Shown: positions 39,156 through 50,448 of the stretch, piece by piece | How the letters are laid out: every line of letters begins with the position of its first letter | How positions within the stretch are numbered: the stretch's first letter is position 1 | Source: Salinivirgaceae bacterium | GTDB lineage: Bacteria; Bacteroidota; Bacteroidia; Bacteroidales; SZUA-534 | Length of the DNA stretch: 64,000 nucleotides | NCBI GenBank assembly: GCA_024405635.1 | Contig: JAKSOL010000012.1 | Location: forward strand, 8,813-72,812 | Direction of reading: 5' to 3' | Translations under genes and position numbers: made by a program | Notes under the pieces: model-generated | What the model was told of the DNA's origin: nothing | Databases searched by the model: none | The model's input: only the letters and a program-made list of their open reading frames with translations

Positions 39156-40373
39156 ATGCAGCGCTTATTTCTGTTATTGTTGTTGTGCTTTGTTGTTTTG
39201 GGCTGTGCCCGAACACACGATTCGGTAAAGATGCAACCCGAAGAAATAGAGGCTGTTGGGCTGACCGATAGCATAGGCATAGTTGCGCATGATGTTGAAG
39301 CATGGCGCTCTTTTTTTCAAAAGTTGAAAAATGGAGCTGTAAATATTGTTCATATAGGCGATTCGCATTTGCAGGCCGATTTTTTTTCAGGGCATTTGCG
39401 CAAGCTGATTCATCAAAAATATGGCAGTAAGGTGTCGCCTCGAGGTTTTGTTTTTCCTTATGCAATGGCGTCAACAAACAATCCCACAAATTTTAGAGTT
39501 TCGTATTCGGGAAAGTGGGAGTCGAGTTCGGCGCTAAATAAACCAACCAAAGGTTTGGGAATGTCGGCCATTGAGGTTGCTACTTGCGACTCATCGGCAT
39601 CGTTTGGCATTAAGTTGTTGAGCGACAAAATGACCGAATACAAAACAACAAACGTTACTGTATATAGCAGAATTTCAGATACTGCGGTGCGTCCTGTTTT
39701 AGATTATCCAACCAATGCAAAACTTGTTGCAATTGACTCATGTTTAGGCACATACACGTGGAACTTTTCAAAACAAACCGATTCGGTAAGTTTTAAAATT
39801 ATAACCGATTCGGTTCATTCTACGTTTTGCTTGCAAGGATTGCGATTCGGTTTGGAAGACGATAAAATAAACTACCACACCTTGGGCGTTAATGGGGCGC
39901 AAGTGGCGTCGTTCTTAAAGTGTAGCAGTTTTTCGCAGCAATTGTCAACGCTATTGTCAAATTTGATAATAGTGTCGTTAGGTACAAACGACTCGTATGC
40001 ACCCAGTTTTGATAGCGTGCTTTTTTGCCGACAAGTTACGCGGTTGGTAAGCAATATTCGCCGTGCCGCGCCCGATGCATTGTTGTTGTTTACTACGCCA
40101 AGTCATAACATTTACAAAAAGCAAAGCCTAAACCCTAACGCAGCACGTGCAGCTAAAACAATATGCGCTTTGGCAAGTGAGTTACAATTCAGCGTGTGGG
40201 ATTTTAATGCGCTGATGGGTGCACCAGAAAATTTTTACGAGTGGCAACAACTAGGTTTGGCTCTTAACGATGGCATTCATTTTAGTGCAAAAGGGTACCA
40301 ATTTCAGGCCGAACTGCTTTTTTCGGCACTAGAAGAATTTGAAAAACAATTACAAACCGAACCCAAACAATGA
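39156..40373 (+). CDS. SGNH/GDSL lipoprotein, PatB-like O-acetyltransferase/esterase
   Basis: Lipobox VLGC, HIGDSH, GVNGA, LGTND, DGIH. Confidence 0.85.
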   Translation: MQRLFLLLLLCFVVLGCARTHDSVKMQPEEIEAVGLTDSIGIVAHDVEAWRSFFQKLKNGAVNIVHIGDSHLQADFFSGHLRKLIHQKYGSKVSPRGFVFPYAMASTNNPTNFRVSYSGKWESSSALNKPTKGLGMSAIEVATCDSSASFGIKLLSDKMTEYKTTNVTVYSRISDTAVRPVLDYPTNAKLVAIDSCLGTYTWNFSKQTDSVSFKIITDSVHSTFCLQGLRFGLEDDKINYHTLGVNGAQVASFLKCSSFSQQLSTLLSNLIIVSLGTNDSYAPSFDSVLFCRQVTRLVSNIRRAAPDALLLFTTPSHNIYKKQSLNPNAARAAKTICALASELQFSVWDFNALMGAPENFYEWQQLGLALNDGIHFSAKGYQFQAELLFSALEEFEKQLQTEPKQ

Positions 40374-41863
40374 TTGATATACTGACATATTCGCCCGACA
40401 AACCGTTGTTGTTTACTCAGCTATCGTTTTGGATTTTCTTTTTTGTGGTTTTTGTAGGTTTTGGGCTCACTCACAAAAAGATAGCAGTGCGCAACATGTG
40501 GTTGTTTGCCGTAAGCGTGTTTTTCTACTACAAGTTGAGCGGTTGGTTTTTTGTGTTGGTGCTCATGTCGGTGGTGGTAAACTTTTTTATAGGTGGGCAT
40601 ATTTCAAAATTAAAGTCAGAAAAAAAGCGAAAAGGTTGGTTAGCTGCGGCAGTTGTTTACAATCTGCTTTGGTTGGTGTACTATAAATATGCTTATCTGT
40701 TTGCCGATTGGACTAACCAAATATTTGGAACACAAATAATTGTACACGATTGGCTTGGCGATGCCTTGTGTGCTATTGGTAGTGGAAAAATGTCGTTTAC
40801 CGATATTATGCTACCTGTGGGAATATCGTTTTATACTTTTCAGGCAATAAGTTATTGTGTTGACATTTACCGAAAACACATTGAACCGCTGAATAGTATT
40901 GTCGATTTTGGTTTTTACATAACATTTTTCCCACAATTAGTGGCAGGCCCAATTGTTCGAGCATCGTCGTTTATTCCGCAGATAGAAAGGCCGTTTGTGC
41001 TCGATAGTGCCGAGTTTGGTCAAGGTTTGTTCCTTATTTTAAATGGTCTGATAAAGAAAATAGTGATAGCCGACTACATATCGGTAAATTTTGTTGATAG
41101 AGTTTTTGACTCACCGCTTTCATATTCGGGTTTCGAAAATCTGATGGGCGTTTATGGTTATGCTATTCAAATTTATTGCGATTTTTCGGGCTATACCGAC
41201 ATTGCCATTGGCTTGGCCTTGCTTATGGGGTTTCATCTTAGTCCAAACTTTGCATCGCCATACAAGGCTAACAACTTTACCGATTTTTGGCGTCGTTGGC
41301 ACATTTCGTTGTCAAGTTGGTTGCGCGACTATTTGTACATTCCACTTGGTGGCAACAGAAAAGGCCGCATGCGCACTTATATAAATTTGGTAATTGTTAT
41401 GGTGCTTGGCGGTTTGTGGCATGGTGCTAACCTCAAATTTATTGTTTGGGGCGTGTTGCATGGTTTGTATTTGGCAATCGATAAGCTGGTTGATGCAGTT
41501 TTTCGTATGCCAAAACAAATGAAGTGGTTTGCAGTGTTGGTTACGTTTAACGTTACAGCATTTACTTGGATTGTGTTTAGGGCAGGCAGCATGGCCGATG
41601 CTTTAACCATGCTGACACAAATATTTAGCAACACACACTTTGAGCAAATAATGCCAGTACTTTCGGCTTATCGAAATGTGTTTGTTTTGGTGCTATTGGC
41701 GTACGTTGTTCATTGGTTGCCCGAAGAGTTTAAAGATTGGTATCGTGGAAAATTTGCAACTGCTCCATTGTTGATTCAAGGTTTAATTGTGATGGTAGTG
41801 GTTTTTGTTTTGGTTCAATTCCGTACCACAGGTCTTCAGCCTTTCATTTATTTCCAATTTTAG
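40370..41863 (+). CDS. MBOAT O-acyltransferase (AlgI/PatA-like)
   Basis: LPVGISFYTFQ, FFPQLVAGPI, DFSGYTD, FWRRWHISLS, GLWHGA, PFIYFQF. Confidence 0.93.
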   Translation: MIDILTYSPDKPLLFTQLSFWIFFFVVFVGFGLTHKKIAVRNMWLFAVSVFFYYKLSGWFFVLVLMSVVVNFFIGGHISKLKSEKKRKGWLAAAVVYNLLWLVYYKYAYLFADWTNQIFGTQIIVHDWLGDALCAIGSGKMSFTDIMLPVGISFYTFQAISYCVDIYRKHIEPLNSIVDFGFYITFFPQLVAGPIVRASSFIPQIERPFVLDSAEFGQGLFLILNGLIKKIVIADYISVNFVDRVFDSPLSYSGFENLMGVYGYAIQIYCDFSGYTDIAIGLALLMGFHLSPNFASPYKANNFTDFWRRWHISLSSWLRDYLYIPLGGNRKGRMRTYINLVIVMVLGGLWHGANLKFIVWGVLHGLYLAIDKLVDAVFRMPKQMKWFAVLVTFNVTAFTWIVFRAGSMADALTMLTQIFSNTHFEQIMPVLSAYRNVFVLVLLAYVVHWLPEEFKDWYRGKFATAPLLIQGLIVMVVVFVLVQFRTTGLQPFIYFQF

Positions 41864-42020
41864 TGCAATAAATGGCATTCTGCCTTGCTTTGTTACATAA
41901 ACAGAGTTAAATGGAATAAATCAAAAGACTCTTTTTCGGTATTAGAGAAATTTGAAATAGAGCAAAAGATGTCTTTTGCGCAGATGTTGCACATTTGGTT
42001 TGTGAAAACTTTATTGAAAA

Positions 42021-44873
42021 ATGAAAAGAATAATAATCCCAATTATTTGTGCATTATCGTTTGCAAGTTGCCAATCTGAGCAGCAAACCCAAGCCGTAGC
42101 ACCAATAACCTTTAGTAGGTCGGCGAGCCAATTTAATTTGGTTGACCGAAACAAAACCATCTCCGTGTTGATTGATACTGCCGATTATGCAGGCATTGTC
42201 GATGTGGCAAAGTGGTTTGCTACCGACTTAAATAAAATTGCACAAAATGAAGTAGCTGCAGTGACAAATCAAAAAAACAACTCAGCCAATCAGCTTGTTA
42301 TTGTTGGAACTTTAGGCAAAAACGCTTTGATCGATAGTCTTGTTGCTGTTGGTTGCATTGATGTAAAAGATGTAGCAGGCCAGTGGGAAGCTGCAGTGCT
42401 GCAAGTGATTGACAATCCGTTTAATAAATCGCAAAAGGCATTAGCAATAGTTGGAGCCGATAAGCGAGGCACAATGTATGGTATGCTAGAACTATCGCGC
42501 CGTGCAGGAGTGTCGCCTTGGTATTATTGGGCCGATGTGCCAGTTCAAACTCACAAGTTTGTGGGCATAAGCGATGCTCGCTATGTTGTTGAATCGCCAA
42601 AAGTTAAATATCGTGGCATATTCTTAAACGACGAAGAGCCTTGCCTTGGACGTTGGGCAGTGAACAACTTTGGAGGTTTTACACACGAATTTTACCAAAC
42701 AGTGTTTGAACTATTGCTACGCCAACACGCAAACTTTATGTGGCCAGCCATGTGGTGGGCAGCATTTAACTCCGACGACTCAGCAAATGCTGAATTGGCC
42801 GACCGTTTGGGCATCGTTATGAGCACTAGTCACCACGAACCAATGAACCGTGCTCACGCCGAATGGCGCGCTCGCAAAGACCATGGCGATTGGAATTACA
42901 ACACCAATGCTCAAGAATTGCGCGACTTTTGGGCCGAAGGCATTCGCACAATGGGCAACCGCGAAACCGTTGTTACGCTTGCCATGCGTGGCGATGGCGA
43001 CGAGGCAATGGAAGAAGGCACAAACATTGCCTTGCTTGAGCGCATTGTGGCCGACCAACGTGCAATAATTGAAAAAGAAACAGGTAAACCAGCTTCCGAA
43101 ACTCCTCAAGTTTGGGCGCTTTACAAAGAGGTTCAAGAATACTACGACCGCGGAATGAAAGTGCCTGAGGATGTTATTCTAATGCTTTGCGACGATAACT
43201 GGGGAAACATTCGTCGTTTGCCCGACCCTGCAAAACCAAAACAACCAGGCGGTTACGGTATGTACTATCATTTTGACTACGTGGGTGGCCCTCGAAACTA
43301 CAAATGGGTGAATACCAATACAATTCAGCACACTTGGGAACAAATGCGACTTTGCTGGCAATATGGAGTAGATAAAATTTGGTTGGTAAACGTAGGCGAC
43401 CTTAAACCTATGGAGTTGCCCATTTCGTTTTTTTTAGATTACGCATATAATCCCGATGCTATTGGCACACAAGAACTTGCACAATACACAAAACGTTGGG
43501 TTGCCGAGCAATTTGGTAACGCCTTTGCAAGCGAAATTGCCGACATGATAACTCTTTACACTCGCTACAATGCCCGTTGTAAACCCGAAATGCTGAAACA
43601 ATACACGTATAACTTGCTAAACTATCGCGAGTTTGAAACAGTAACTAACGACTATAAGAAACTTGAAGAACGTGCGCGTATTTTAATGATGGATTTGCCT
43701 TACAATCAGGTAGATGCCTACATTCAGCTTGTATATCATCCAATAGCAGCTTGTGCAAACATGTACGACATGTATTACCACACTGCACTAAATCAACTTT
43801 ACGAGCGACAAGGCCGTGCTGCAACAAATAGCACAGCAGCCAAAGTTGCCGATTTGTTTAACCGCGATAAAGACTTTACTCACATGTACCACTCGTGTGC
43901 GAATAGCAAGTGGAACATGATGATGTCGCAAACACACATAAGCTATGTTATTTGGCAGCAACCCGACGAGGATGTTGCTCCTCGCACAAAAACAATTGAA
44001 CTAGAAGATAAATCGGCTCCATTCCTTGCTGTCGAAGGTCGCGATTCGGTTTATGGCGATGGTTGCCAAGTTTTGCTGCCAACTTTCGATTCGTATAACA
44101 AGCAAACCACTTTCTTTGAGATATTTAACCAAGGAAGCAAGCCTTTTAATTTTAGCATTAGCAATGCAAACAAGGTGTTAACCTTTAGTAAAACAAGCGG
44201 CAATGTGATTGAGCAACAACGTGTTGACCTTAGTATTAATTGGTCAAGTTTAGCTGAAGGAACCTCAAATTTGAATTTTACTATCAATGCCGATAAAAAG
44301 ACATTTAATGTAACCGTAATAGCAAAGAAATTTGCACAACAGCAACCTTGCAAATTCGTTGAAAACAATGGTGCGCTTGGTTTTGATGCTACTGATTTTA
44401 CTCGCAAAACTGGCGATAAATGGTACATTATTCCTGAATGTGGACGATTTGGAAGTTCGGTGTCGTTTGACAGCGTTGCGCTTGAAAACAACAATTTCAC
44501 AACTAGCACACCATGCCTTGAGTACGATTTTTATGTAACAAGCGAACCAACCGATAGCTCGGAAATAACTATCTACACCGACCCAACCATCGATTTCTTA
44601 GCTCGCGACTTGCATGTTGCCGTTTCAATCGACGACCAACAACCTCAAGTTAAATCAATTCATTGGAACAAAGCAATTGATTGGGGTATTGAGCGTAAAG
44701 GATGGTCGCAAAGCGTATCGTTTAACTGCTATAGAACCAAATCGAAACATAAAATAGGAGCAGGTAAGCATACTCTTAAGCTATGGCTAACAGAGTCGGC
44801 CGTGGTGTACGAGCAAATTGAAATTGACCTTGGCGGTTTAAAACCTACGCGATTAGGCCTTCGCCAACAATAG
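42021..44873 (+). CDS. Glycoside hydrolase family 115 lipoprotein
   Basis: Lipobox FASC, GVSPWYYWAD, YRGIFLNDE, WPAMW, SHHEPM, MRGDGD, DDNWG, YYHFDYVG, NVGDLKP. Confidence 0.92.
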   Translation: MKRIIIPIICALSFASCQSEQQTQAVAPITFSRSASQFNLVDRNKTISVLIDTADYAGIVDVAKWFATDLNKIAQNEVAAVTNQKNNSANQLVIVGTLGKNALIDSLVAVGCIDVKDVAGQWEAAVLQVIDNPFNKSQKALAIVGADKRGTMYGMLELSRRAGVSPWYYWADVPVQTHKFVGISDARYVVESPKVKYRGIFLNDEEPCLGRWAVNNFGGFTHEFYQTVFELLLRQHANFMWPAMWWAAFNSDDSANAELADRLGIVMSTSHHEPMNRAHAEWRARKDHGDWNYNTNAQELRDFWAEGIRTMGNRETVVTLAMRGDGDEAMEEGTNIALLERIVADQRAIIEKETGKPASETPQVWALYKEVQEYYDRGMKVPEDVILMLCDDNWGNIRRLPDPAKPKQPGGYGMYYHFDYVGGPRNYKWVNTNTIQHTWEQMRLCWQYGVDKIWLVNVGDLKPMELPISFFLDYAYNPDAIGTQELAQYTKRWVAEQFGNAFASEIADMITLYTRYNARCKPEMLKQYTYNLLNYREFETVTNDYKKLEERARILMMDLPYNQVDAYIQLVYHPIAACANMYDMYYHTALNQLYERQGRAATNSTAAKVADLFNRDKDFTHMYHSCANSKWNMMMSQTHISYVIWQQPDEDVAPRTKTIELEDKSAPFLAVEGRDSVYGDGCQVLLPTFDSYNKQTTFFEIFNQGSKPFNFSISNANKVLTFSKTSGNVIEQQRVDLSINWSSLAEGTSNLNFTINADKKTFNVTVIAKKFAQQQPCKFVENNGALGFDATDFTRKTGDKWYIIPECGRFGSSVSFDSVALENNNFTTSTPCLEYDFYVTSEPTDSSEITIYTDPTIDFLARDLHVAVSIDDQQPQVKSIHWNKAIDWGIERKGWSQSVSFNCYRTKSKHKIGAGKHTLKLWLTESAVVYEQIEIDLGGLKPTRLGLRQQ

Positions 44874-44890
44874 TAATTGTTGTTACAAAC

Positions 44891-44932
44891 AAAAAAGTCC
44901 GCATCTTGGCAATGCTGAGTGCGGACTTTTTT
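44891..44932 (+). terminator. Intrinsic terminator
   Basis: aaaaaagtccgca-loop-tgcggactttttt. Confidence 0.8.
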
Positions 44933-45042
44933 GTGTTCTGCTTAATCTGAAAAATGGTGCATATCTTCTTAAAAAAATGAACGAGCACCAATCGTTGTAA
45001 TCTCTATTTTGCGAACGGCAAAACAAAAAAATTCGCACTGAT

Positions 45043-46221
45043 ATGAAAATTGGAACAATTAATACTCCTGCCGGGAAAAAGGCCTTGTTATGCGGCTCGG
45101 GTGAGTTAGGAAAAGAGGTAACTCTTGAATTGCAACGTTATGGTGTTCAGGTTATTGCAGTTGATAAATACGCAAACGCACCAGCAATGCAAGTAGCGCA
45201 CAAATCGTATGTCATTTCAATGCTCGATGGCGAAAAACTACGTGCAATTATTACACTCGAAAAGCCCGACTACATAATTCCAGAGGTTGAGGCTATTGCT
45301 ACACAAACATTGGTTGAACTTGAAAAAGAAGGCTACAATGTTATTCCCACCGCGCGTGCAACTTTTCTTACCATGAACCGTGAGGGAATACGCCGTTTGG
45401 CTGCCGAAGAACTTGGTCTTAAAACCTCGCCTTATCGTTTTGCTTCAAACTACGATGAGTTTGTGGCTGCTGTAAAAGAGATTGGCACACCATGCGTTGT
45501 TAAACCTATTATGAGTTCGTCGGGTCACGGACAAAGTGTGGTTAAAACCGAGGCCGATATTGACAACTCGTGGCAAATAGCGCAAGAGGGTGGTCGTGCA
45601 GGAGCAGGCAAAGTTATTGTTGAGGGTTTTGTCGATTTCGATTACGAAATTACTATGCTAACAGTTCGTCACATTGGAGGAACAAGTTTCCTTGAACCTG
45701 TTGGTCACTGGCAAAAAGATGGCGATTATCAAGAATCGTGGCAACCACAACCAATGTCGAGCGTAGCTATTGATAAAGCGCACGAAATTGCCGAAAAAAT
45801 AACCACAGCGTTGGGCGGTAGAGGCTTGTTTGGTGTTGAGTTGTTCATTAAGGGCGACGAGGTTATTTTCAGCGAAGTGTCGCCACGTCCACACGACACC
45901 GGCATGGTTACAATGATTTCGCAAGATCTTTCAGAATTCTCGCTTCACGTTCGTGCAATTTTAGGTTTGCCTATCCCAAACATTGCATTCCATGGACCAT
46001 CGGCATCAAAAGCTGTTGTTGTTCACGGCGATAGCGATAATGTTGCTTTTGATAATCTAGAGCAAGTTTTGGCTATACCAGACACTCAAATGCGCATTTT
46101 TGGTAAGCCAGAAGTTCACGAGCATCGCCGCATGGCTGTTTTGCTTGCTCGTGGCGAATCGGTTGACGATGCTAAAGAAAAAGTGCGTAAAATGTACGAA
46201 ATGCTTAAGGTGGAAAAATAG
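45043..46221 (+). CDS. purT: Formate-dependent phosphoribosylglycinamide formyltransferase
   Basis: [46 protein letters not shown]. Confidence 0.96.
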   Translation: MKIGTINTPAGKKALLCGSGELGKEVTLELQRYGVQVIAVDKYANAPAMQVAHKSYVISMLDGEKLRAIITLEKPDYIIPEVEAIATQTLVELEKEGYNVIPTARATFLTMNREGIRRLAAEELGLKTSPYRFASNYDEFVAAVKEIGTPCVVKPIMSSSGHGQSVVKTEADIDNSWQIAQEGGRAGAGKVIVEGFVDFDYEITMLTVRHIGGTSFLEPVGHWQKDGDYQESWQPQPMSSVAIDKAHEIAEKITTALGGRGLFGVELFIKGDEVIFSEVSPRPHDTGMVTMISQDLSEFSLHVRAILGLPIPNIAFHGPSASKAVVVHGDSDNVAFDNLEQVLAIPDTQMRIFGKPEVHEHRRMAVLLARGESVDDAKEKVRKMYEMLKVEK

Positions 46222-46242
46222 AAACACATTGTTGTTTTAAAT

Positions 46243-46279
46243 AAAACGGGTTTCGCTTTTTAACGAAATCCGTTTTTTT
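46243..46279 (+). terminator. Intrinsic terminator
   Basis: aaaacgggtttcg-loop-cgaaatccgtttttt. Confidence 0.75.
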
Positions 46280-46351
46280 ATTGCCAAAATCAATCGTTTG
46301 GCGCAATTTTTTGATAAGTCTAGCTTCAGTTTTACAATAACTTAATTAACA

Positions 46352-47741
46352 ATGAAAAAAAACTCTATTTACTTTAACAATGGCATTGTTATGTACCGCA
46401 GCTATGGCTAGTGGCTATGTAACCAACACAAATCAAAGCGTACAGTTTATTCGTACAGCTTCGCGTAATGCATCGCTCGATGTTGATGCAGCATACTTTA
46501 ACCCAGCAGCTGCAGCTCTTATAGATGATGGCTTTAAACTTCAATACGGTCATCAGGTTATAATACAAAAACGCACAGCAACCGATGATTTGGTTTTGCT
46601 TAGTCGTCACGAATTTGAGGGAAAAGTGTTTGTGCCTGCTTATCCAACTATTGATGCCATATATAAGAAAAACAAGTTGGCTTTTTCGTTTCACTTTGGT
46701 CCAATGGGCGGCGGCGGTAGTGCCGATTACGAAAATGGTTTAGCATCATTTGAGCGTATGTTTTGTGCTATTCCAACATCAGTTAGTCAAGTTGGAGCCG
46801 CAATGGGAGTAGGTTGCGATAAATACTCAGTTGACATCAATTTTAGCGGTGGCGCAATAATTTATGCAGGACAAATAGGTGCCGCATACTCAATTATTGA
46901 CAACCTTTCGGTTGGTATTGGAGCGCGTTTGGCTTATCAAAAAAATAAATATGAGGGTTCAATCAAAAACGTTATGATTAATCCTAAAGGTTTGATGTTT
47001 GATGGATCTATGATTTCAGCATCGGAATTCTTCCAAGGCTTAGCTGCAATGCCTATGCTTGAACCTATGAAACCAACTTTGTTATACTATGCAGCGGCAA
47101 CTGCAGGTATGGAAGTTGATGCTACCCAAAGTGGTTTGGGCATTACTCCAATTTTGAGCATCGACTATAAACTTGGCGACAAATTCAATTTTGCTGCCCG
47201 ATACGAGTTCAACACAAAACTTGAGTTAACCAACAAGTCAGATGCTGGCAAAGATGCTGGTGGTATGTTTAAAAACGATTCTACATTCCGTAAAGACATT
47301 CCTGGAATTTTGTCGTTGGGTGTTAGCTACAACATTTTGCCAAACTTACGCACAATGTTGTCTTACACACTATACTTTGACAAGCAAGCCAACTTTAATG
47401 GAAAAGAAAATTTGTTTGATGGCAACACAATGGATGTTGCTTTGGGTGTTGAATTCGATGTAACCAACATGTTGACTTTGAGTTGTGGTTACACTCGCAC
47501 TCAAACAGGAGCAACAGCAGAGTTCCAGTCAGACATTGATTTTGCTCTTAGTTCAAACTCGTTTGGTTTGGGTGGAAAAGTGAAAGTAAACGACAAACTT
47601 GACGTTGATTTTGGTTTTATGGCTGCGGTGTGCGAAAAGATGAAGAAAAAATCGGTTGACACTACAACAGGGTTAGAGCATACCGAATCGTTTATGCGTG
47701 TAAACAAAATGATTTCTGCAGGAATAAGTTATCGCTTCTAA
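46352..47741 (+). CDS. FadL/OmpP1-like outer-membrane transporter; signal-peptide coding region frameshifted in an A8 tract
   Basis: TNTNQS..R.AS..DAAYFNPA motif, C-terminal YRF. ATG 46352 is in frame only with A7. Confidence 0.78.
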
Positions 47742-47863
47742 ACCATTTATAATTTGCTACTCAAGGGCTCGCAGCGCAAGTTGCGGGCCTATTTTTTTGT
47801 TTGTCAAAACCGATGTGCGATAAGCAAAAAAAAGAAGACCAACTTTTGGTTAGCCTTCTTTTG

Positions 47864-47936
47864 TGAATCCGGTGGGGATCGAACCCACGACCCACAGATT
47901 AAGAGTCTGTTGCTCTACCAACTGAGCTACGAATCC
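47864..47936 (-). tRNA. tRNA-Lys (CTT)
   Basis: Revcomp GGATTCGTAGCTCAGTTGGTAGAGCAACAGACTCTTAATCTGTGGGTCGTGGGTTCGATCCCCACCGGATTCA. Confidence 0.95.
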
Positions 47937-48057
47937 GTGCCGCAAATGTACAAAAAACTCGTTTCGCAGGCATTGGCGTTCCCTTTTTTTAGAAAAAAGT
48001 TGCTATGCTAATTTATCTTGCTGATTGTTAAATAGATAAACATTGATTCTGCTTAAT

Positions 48058-48090
48058 AAAAAAAGGGAACCATAATTGTGTTCCCTTTTT
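48058..48090 (-). terminator. Intrinsic terminator
   Basis: aaaaaaagggaac-loop-gttcccttttt downstream of the S9 peptidase. Confidence 0.75.
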
Positions 48091-48122
48091 ATAGCTTGCG
48101 GTAAAAGTCAAAATGTAAGGTT

Positions 48123-50309
48123 TTATTTTAACCATTTATCAAGCCAACCAAAGAATGTGCGTTGCCATAAAATTCCATTTTGAGGTTTCAAAACCCAGTG
48201 GTTTTCATCGGGATAGAGTAGCAACTCGGCAGGAATGCCTTGCAAGCGAGCAGCGTTGAAGGCTCCAAAGCCTTGGTTGGCGTTTATGCGGTAATCTTTT
48301 TCGCCATGAATGCAAAGGATTGGAGTGTCCCATTTGTCAACAAATCGGTGTGGCGAGTTTTGGTAAGTGGTTTTAGCGCGGTTGGTAGCATCGGCGTTCC
48401 AATAAGCATTGTCGTATTCCCAATTTGAGAACCACGCTTCTTCGGTGTCGGTGTACATCGATTCGAGATTAAATGCGCCATCGTGCGAAATAAAGGCTTT
48501 GAATCGTTTTTCGTGGTGGCCAGCTAAGTAGTAAACCGAAAATCCTCCAAAACTTGCGCCAACACAGCCCAAACGATTTTTGTCAACGTATGGCAATTTG
48601 CAAGCGTCGTCAATGGCGGTTAGGTAGTCGCGCATGCAGTTGCCAGTCCAATCGCCCGATATGCACTCGTTCCATTCGCTGCCAAATCCTGGCAGGCCGC
48701 GGCGGTTTGGTGCAATAATAACGTAGTCGTTTGCGGCCATTATCTGGAAATTCCAACGGTAGCTCCAAAATTGCGATACGGGGCTTTGTGGTCCGCCTTC
48801 GCAGAATAGCAGTGTAGGGTATTTTTTGTTCTCGTCGAAGTTTGATGGCAAAATAACCCAGTAAAGCATGTCTTTTCCGTCAAACGATTTGCACCACCGT
48901 TCTTCAACTTTACCAAACGACAGTTGGCATAAAATGTGGTCGTTTTCGCTGGTAATTTGTTCGGCTTTAGCAGTTTCGGCTTTTTTGCCTGTGGTAACTA
49001 AGTATAAATCCGATGGGGCCGACATTGAATGGCGTTCGGCTATAATGGTCTTTGCATCAACCATTTGTAGGCTTCCGTAGTCGTGTTGACCTTTAGTTTG
49101 TTTTAGCACTTCGCCTTTAAGATTGGTGCGGTAAATTTGCGATGTGCCGTGCCAAACGGCTACAAAAAATAGCTCTTGTGAATTAGGCGACCAGCTAAAC
49201 GCGTCAACGTTGGAGTCGAGATTTTCGGTAACGTATGTTTTTTCTTTTGTAAGCAAGTTATAGATGCACAAACGGTTGCGGTCTGATTCATAACCGTTGC
49301 GAGCCATGCTTTGCCAAGCAAGGTATTTGCCATCGGGCGAAAACTGAGGATTGGTGTCGTAGCCGGGATTGTTTTTTAGGTTTTCGGCATTGTTAACTGC
49401 TTGGTTTGCCATGGTTTTTGTGGCATCAATGGCAGGTTCAACGTAGTTGGTTGGTTTGCATAGGTTTTGTGTTGTGCCGTTTTCGGTGTCGTACAAATAA
49501 ATGTCGGTGTCGGTTGAAATGGCGTATGCCACACCAGTTTTTTTGCGCGATGTGTAGGCAATGTATCGCGAGTCGGAGCTCCAGTCAATTTGTTCAATTC
49601 CGCCGAAAGGTTTCACTGGACATTCAAAAGGTTCGTTGTCCATAATGTCGGTTACGTTTGCAATGCCATTGTTGGTTACGTTTGCCACAAAAGGGTGCGG
49701 AATGGTTTCAACATATTCGTCCCAATGGCGATAGTTGAGGTCGGTTATTACCAAACCAGTTGAAAGTGGCAAATCGTTGGGGCGAGGTTGTATGCTTTCG
49801 TGATAAGCTATTTGCTTTATTATTAGCACTTTTTGTCCGTTGGGCGAGAATTTGAACCCTTCAATACCTCCGTCTTCGTTGCTAAGTTGTTTGCGGTCGG
49901 TTCCGTCGGCATTCATGCTCCAAAGCTGTCCATCGCTAATAAACGCAATGCGTTGGCCGTTGTTTATCCAAGCTGGTTCAACCTCGCTTTTGTTGCTTGT
50001 GGTGAGTTGTTTTTTACTGGTTCCGTCAATATTCATTACGTACAGAATTTGATGGCCTTTGTTTTGCTCAACGCTGTAGTATCCAACCTGATACACAATT
50101 TGTTTGCCGTTTGGCGAAACTGCGTAATTTCCAATGCGTCCCATAGCCCAAAGTGCTTCGGGAGTCATTCGGTCTGTCTCAAGTTTAATTTCGTTTCTGC
50201 CAATTATTGATGGCTCTTTTTGTTCGTTGTTTTGTGCTGCCATAGGAGAAATGTTTAATAATCCCAAAACGGCAACATTTATTGCTGCTTTGCCAAATAA
50301 ACTATTCAT
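48123..50309 (-). CDS. S9-family serine peptidase (dipeptidyl-peptidase 5-like)
   Basis: Beta-propeller PD40 repeats, GGPQS, GASFGG nucleophile, DYRI, ENHW. Confidence 0.92.
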   Translation of the reverse strand: MNSLFGKAAINVAVLGLLNISPMAAQNNEQKEPSIIGRNEIKLETDRMTPEALWAMGRIGNYAVSPNGKQIVYQVGYYSVEQNKGHQILYVMNIDGTSKKQLTTSNKSEVEPAWINNGQRIAFISDGQLWSMNADGTDRKQLSNEDGGIEGFKFSPNGQKVLIIKQIAYHESIQPRPNDLPLSTGLVITDLNYRHWDEYVETIPHPFVANVTNNGIANVTDIMDNEPFECPVKPFGGIEQIDWSSDSRYIAYTSRKKTGVAYAISTDTDIYLYDTENGTTQNLCKPTNYVEPAIDATKTMANQAVNNAENLKNNPGYDTNPQFSPDGKYLAWQSMARNGYESDRNRLCIYNLLTKEKTYVTENLDSNVDAFSWSPNSQELFFVAVWHGTSQIYRTNLKGEVLKQTKGQHDYGSLQMVDAKTIIAERHSMSAPSDLYLVTTGKKAETAKAEQITSENDHILCQLSFGKVEERWCKSFDGKDMLYWVILPSNFDENKKYPTLLFCEGGPQSPVSQFWSYRWNFQIMAANDYVIIAPNRRGLPGFGSEWNECISGDWTGNCMRDYLTAIDDACKLPYVDKNRLGCVGASFGGFSVYYLAGHHEKRFKAFISHDGAFNLESMYTDTEEAWFSNWEYDNAYWNADATNRAKTTYQNSPHRFVDKWDTPILCIHGEKDYRINANQGFGAFNAARLQGIPAELLLYPDENHWVLKPQNGILWQRTFFGWLDKWLK

Positions 50310-50448
50310 ATTCAAAATGTTAAATGTTATGCCTACTTGTGTTAGGCATCAATGGCTCAAAAATATGAAATTTGGTTGTTAGTTATAATTCTAAGCTCAA
50401 CGCATTGAATGGTTGTTTGAGCCTTCAGTGGTTTGCGCTAACAATTGT

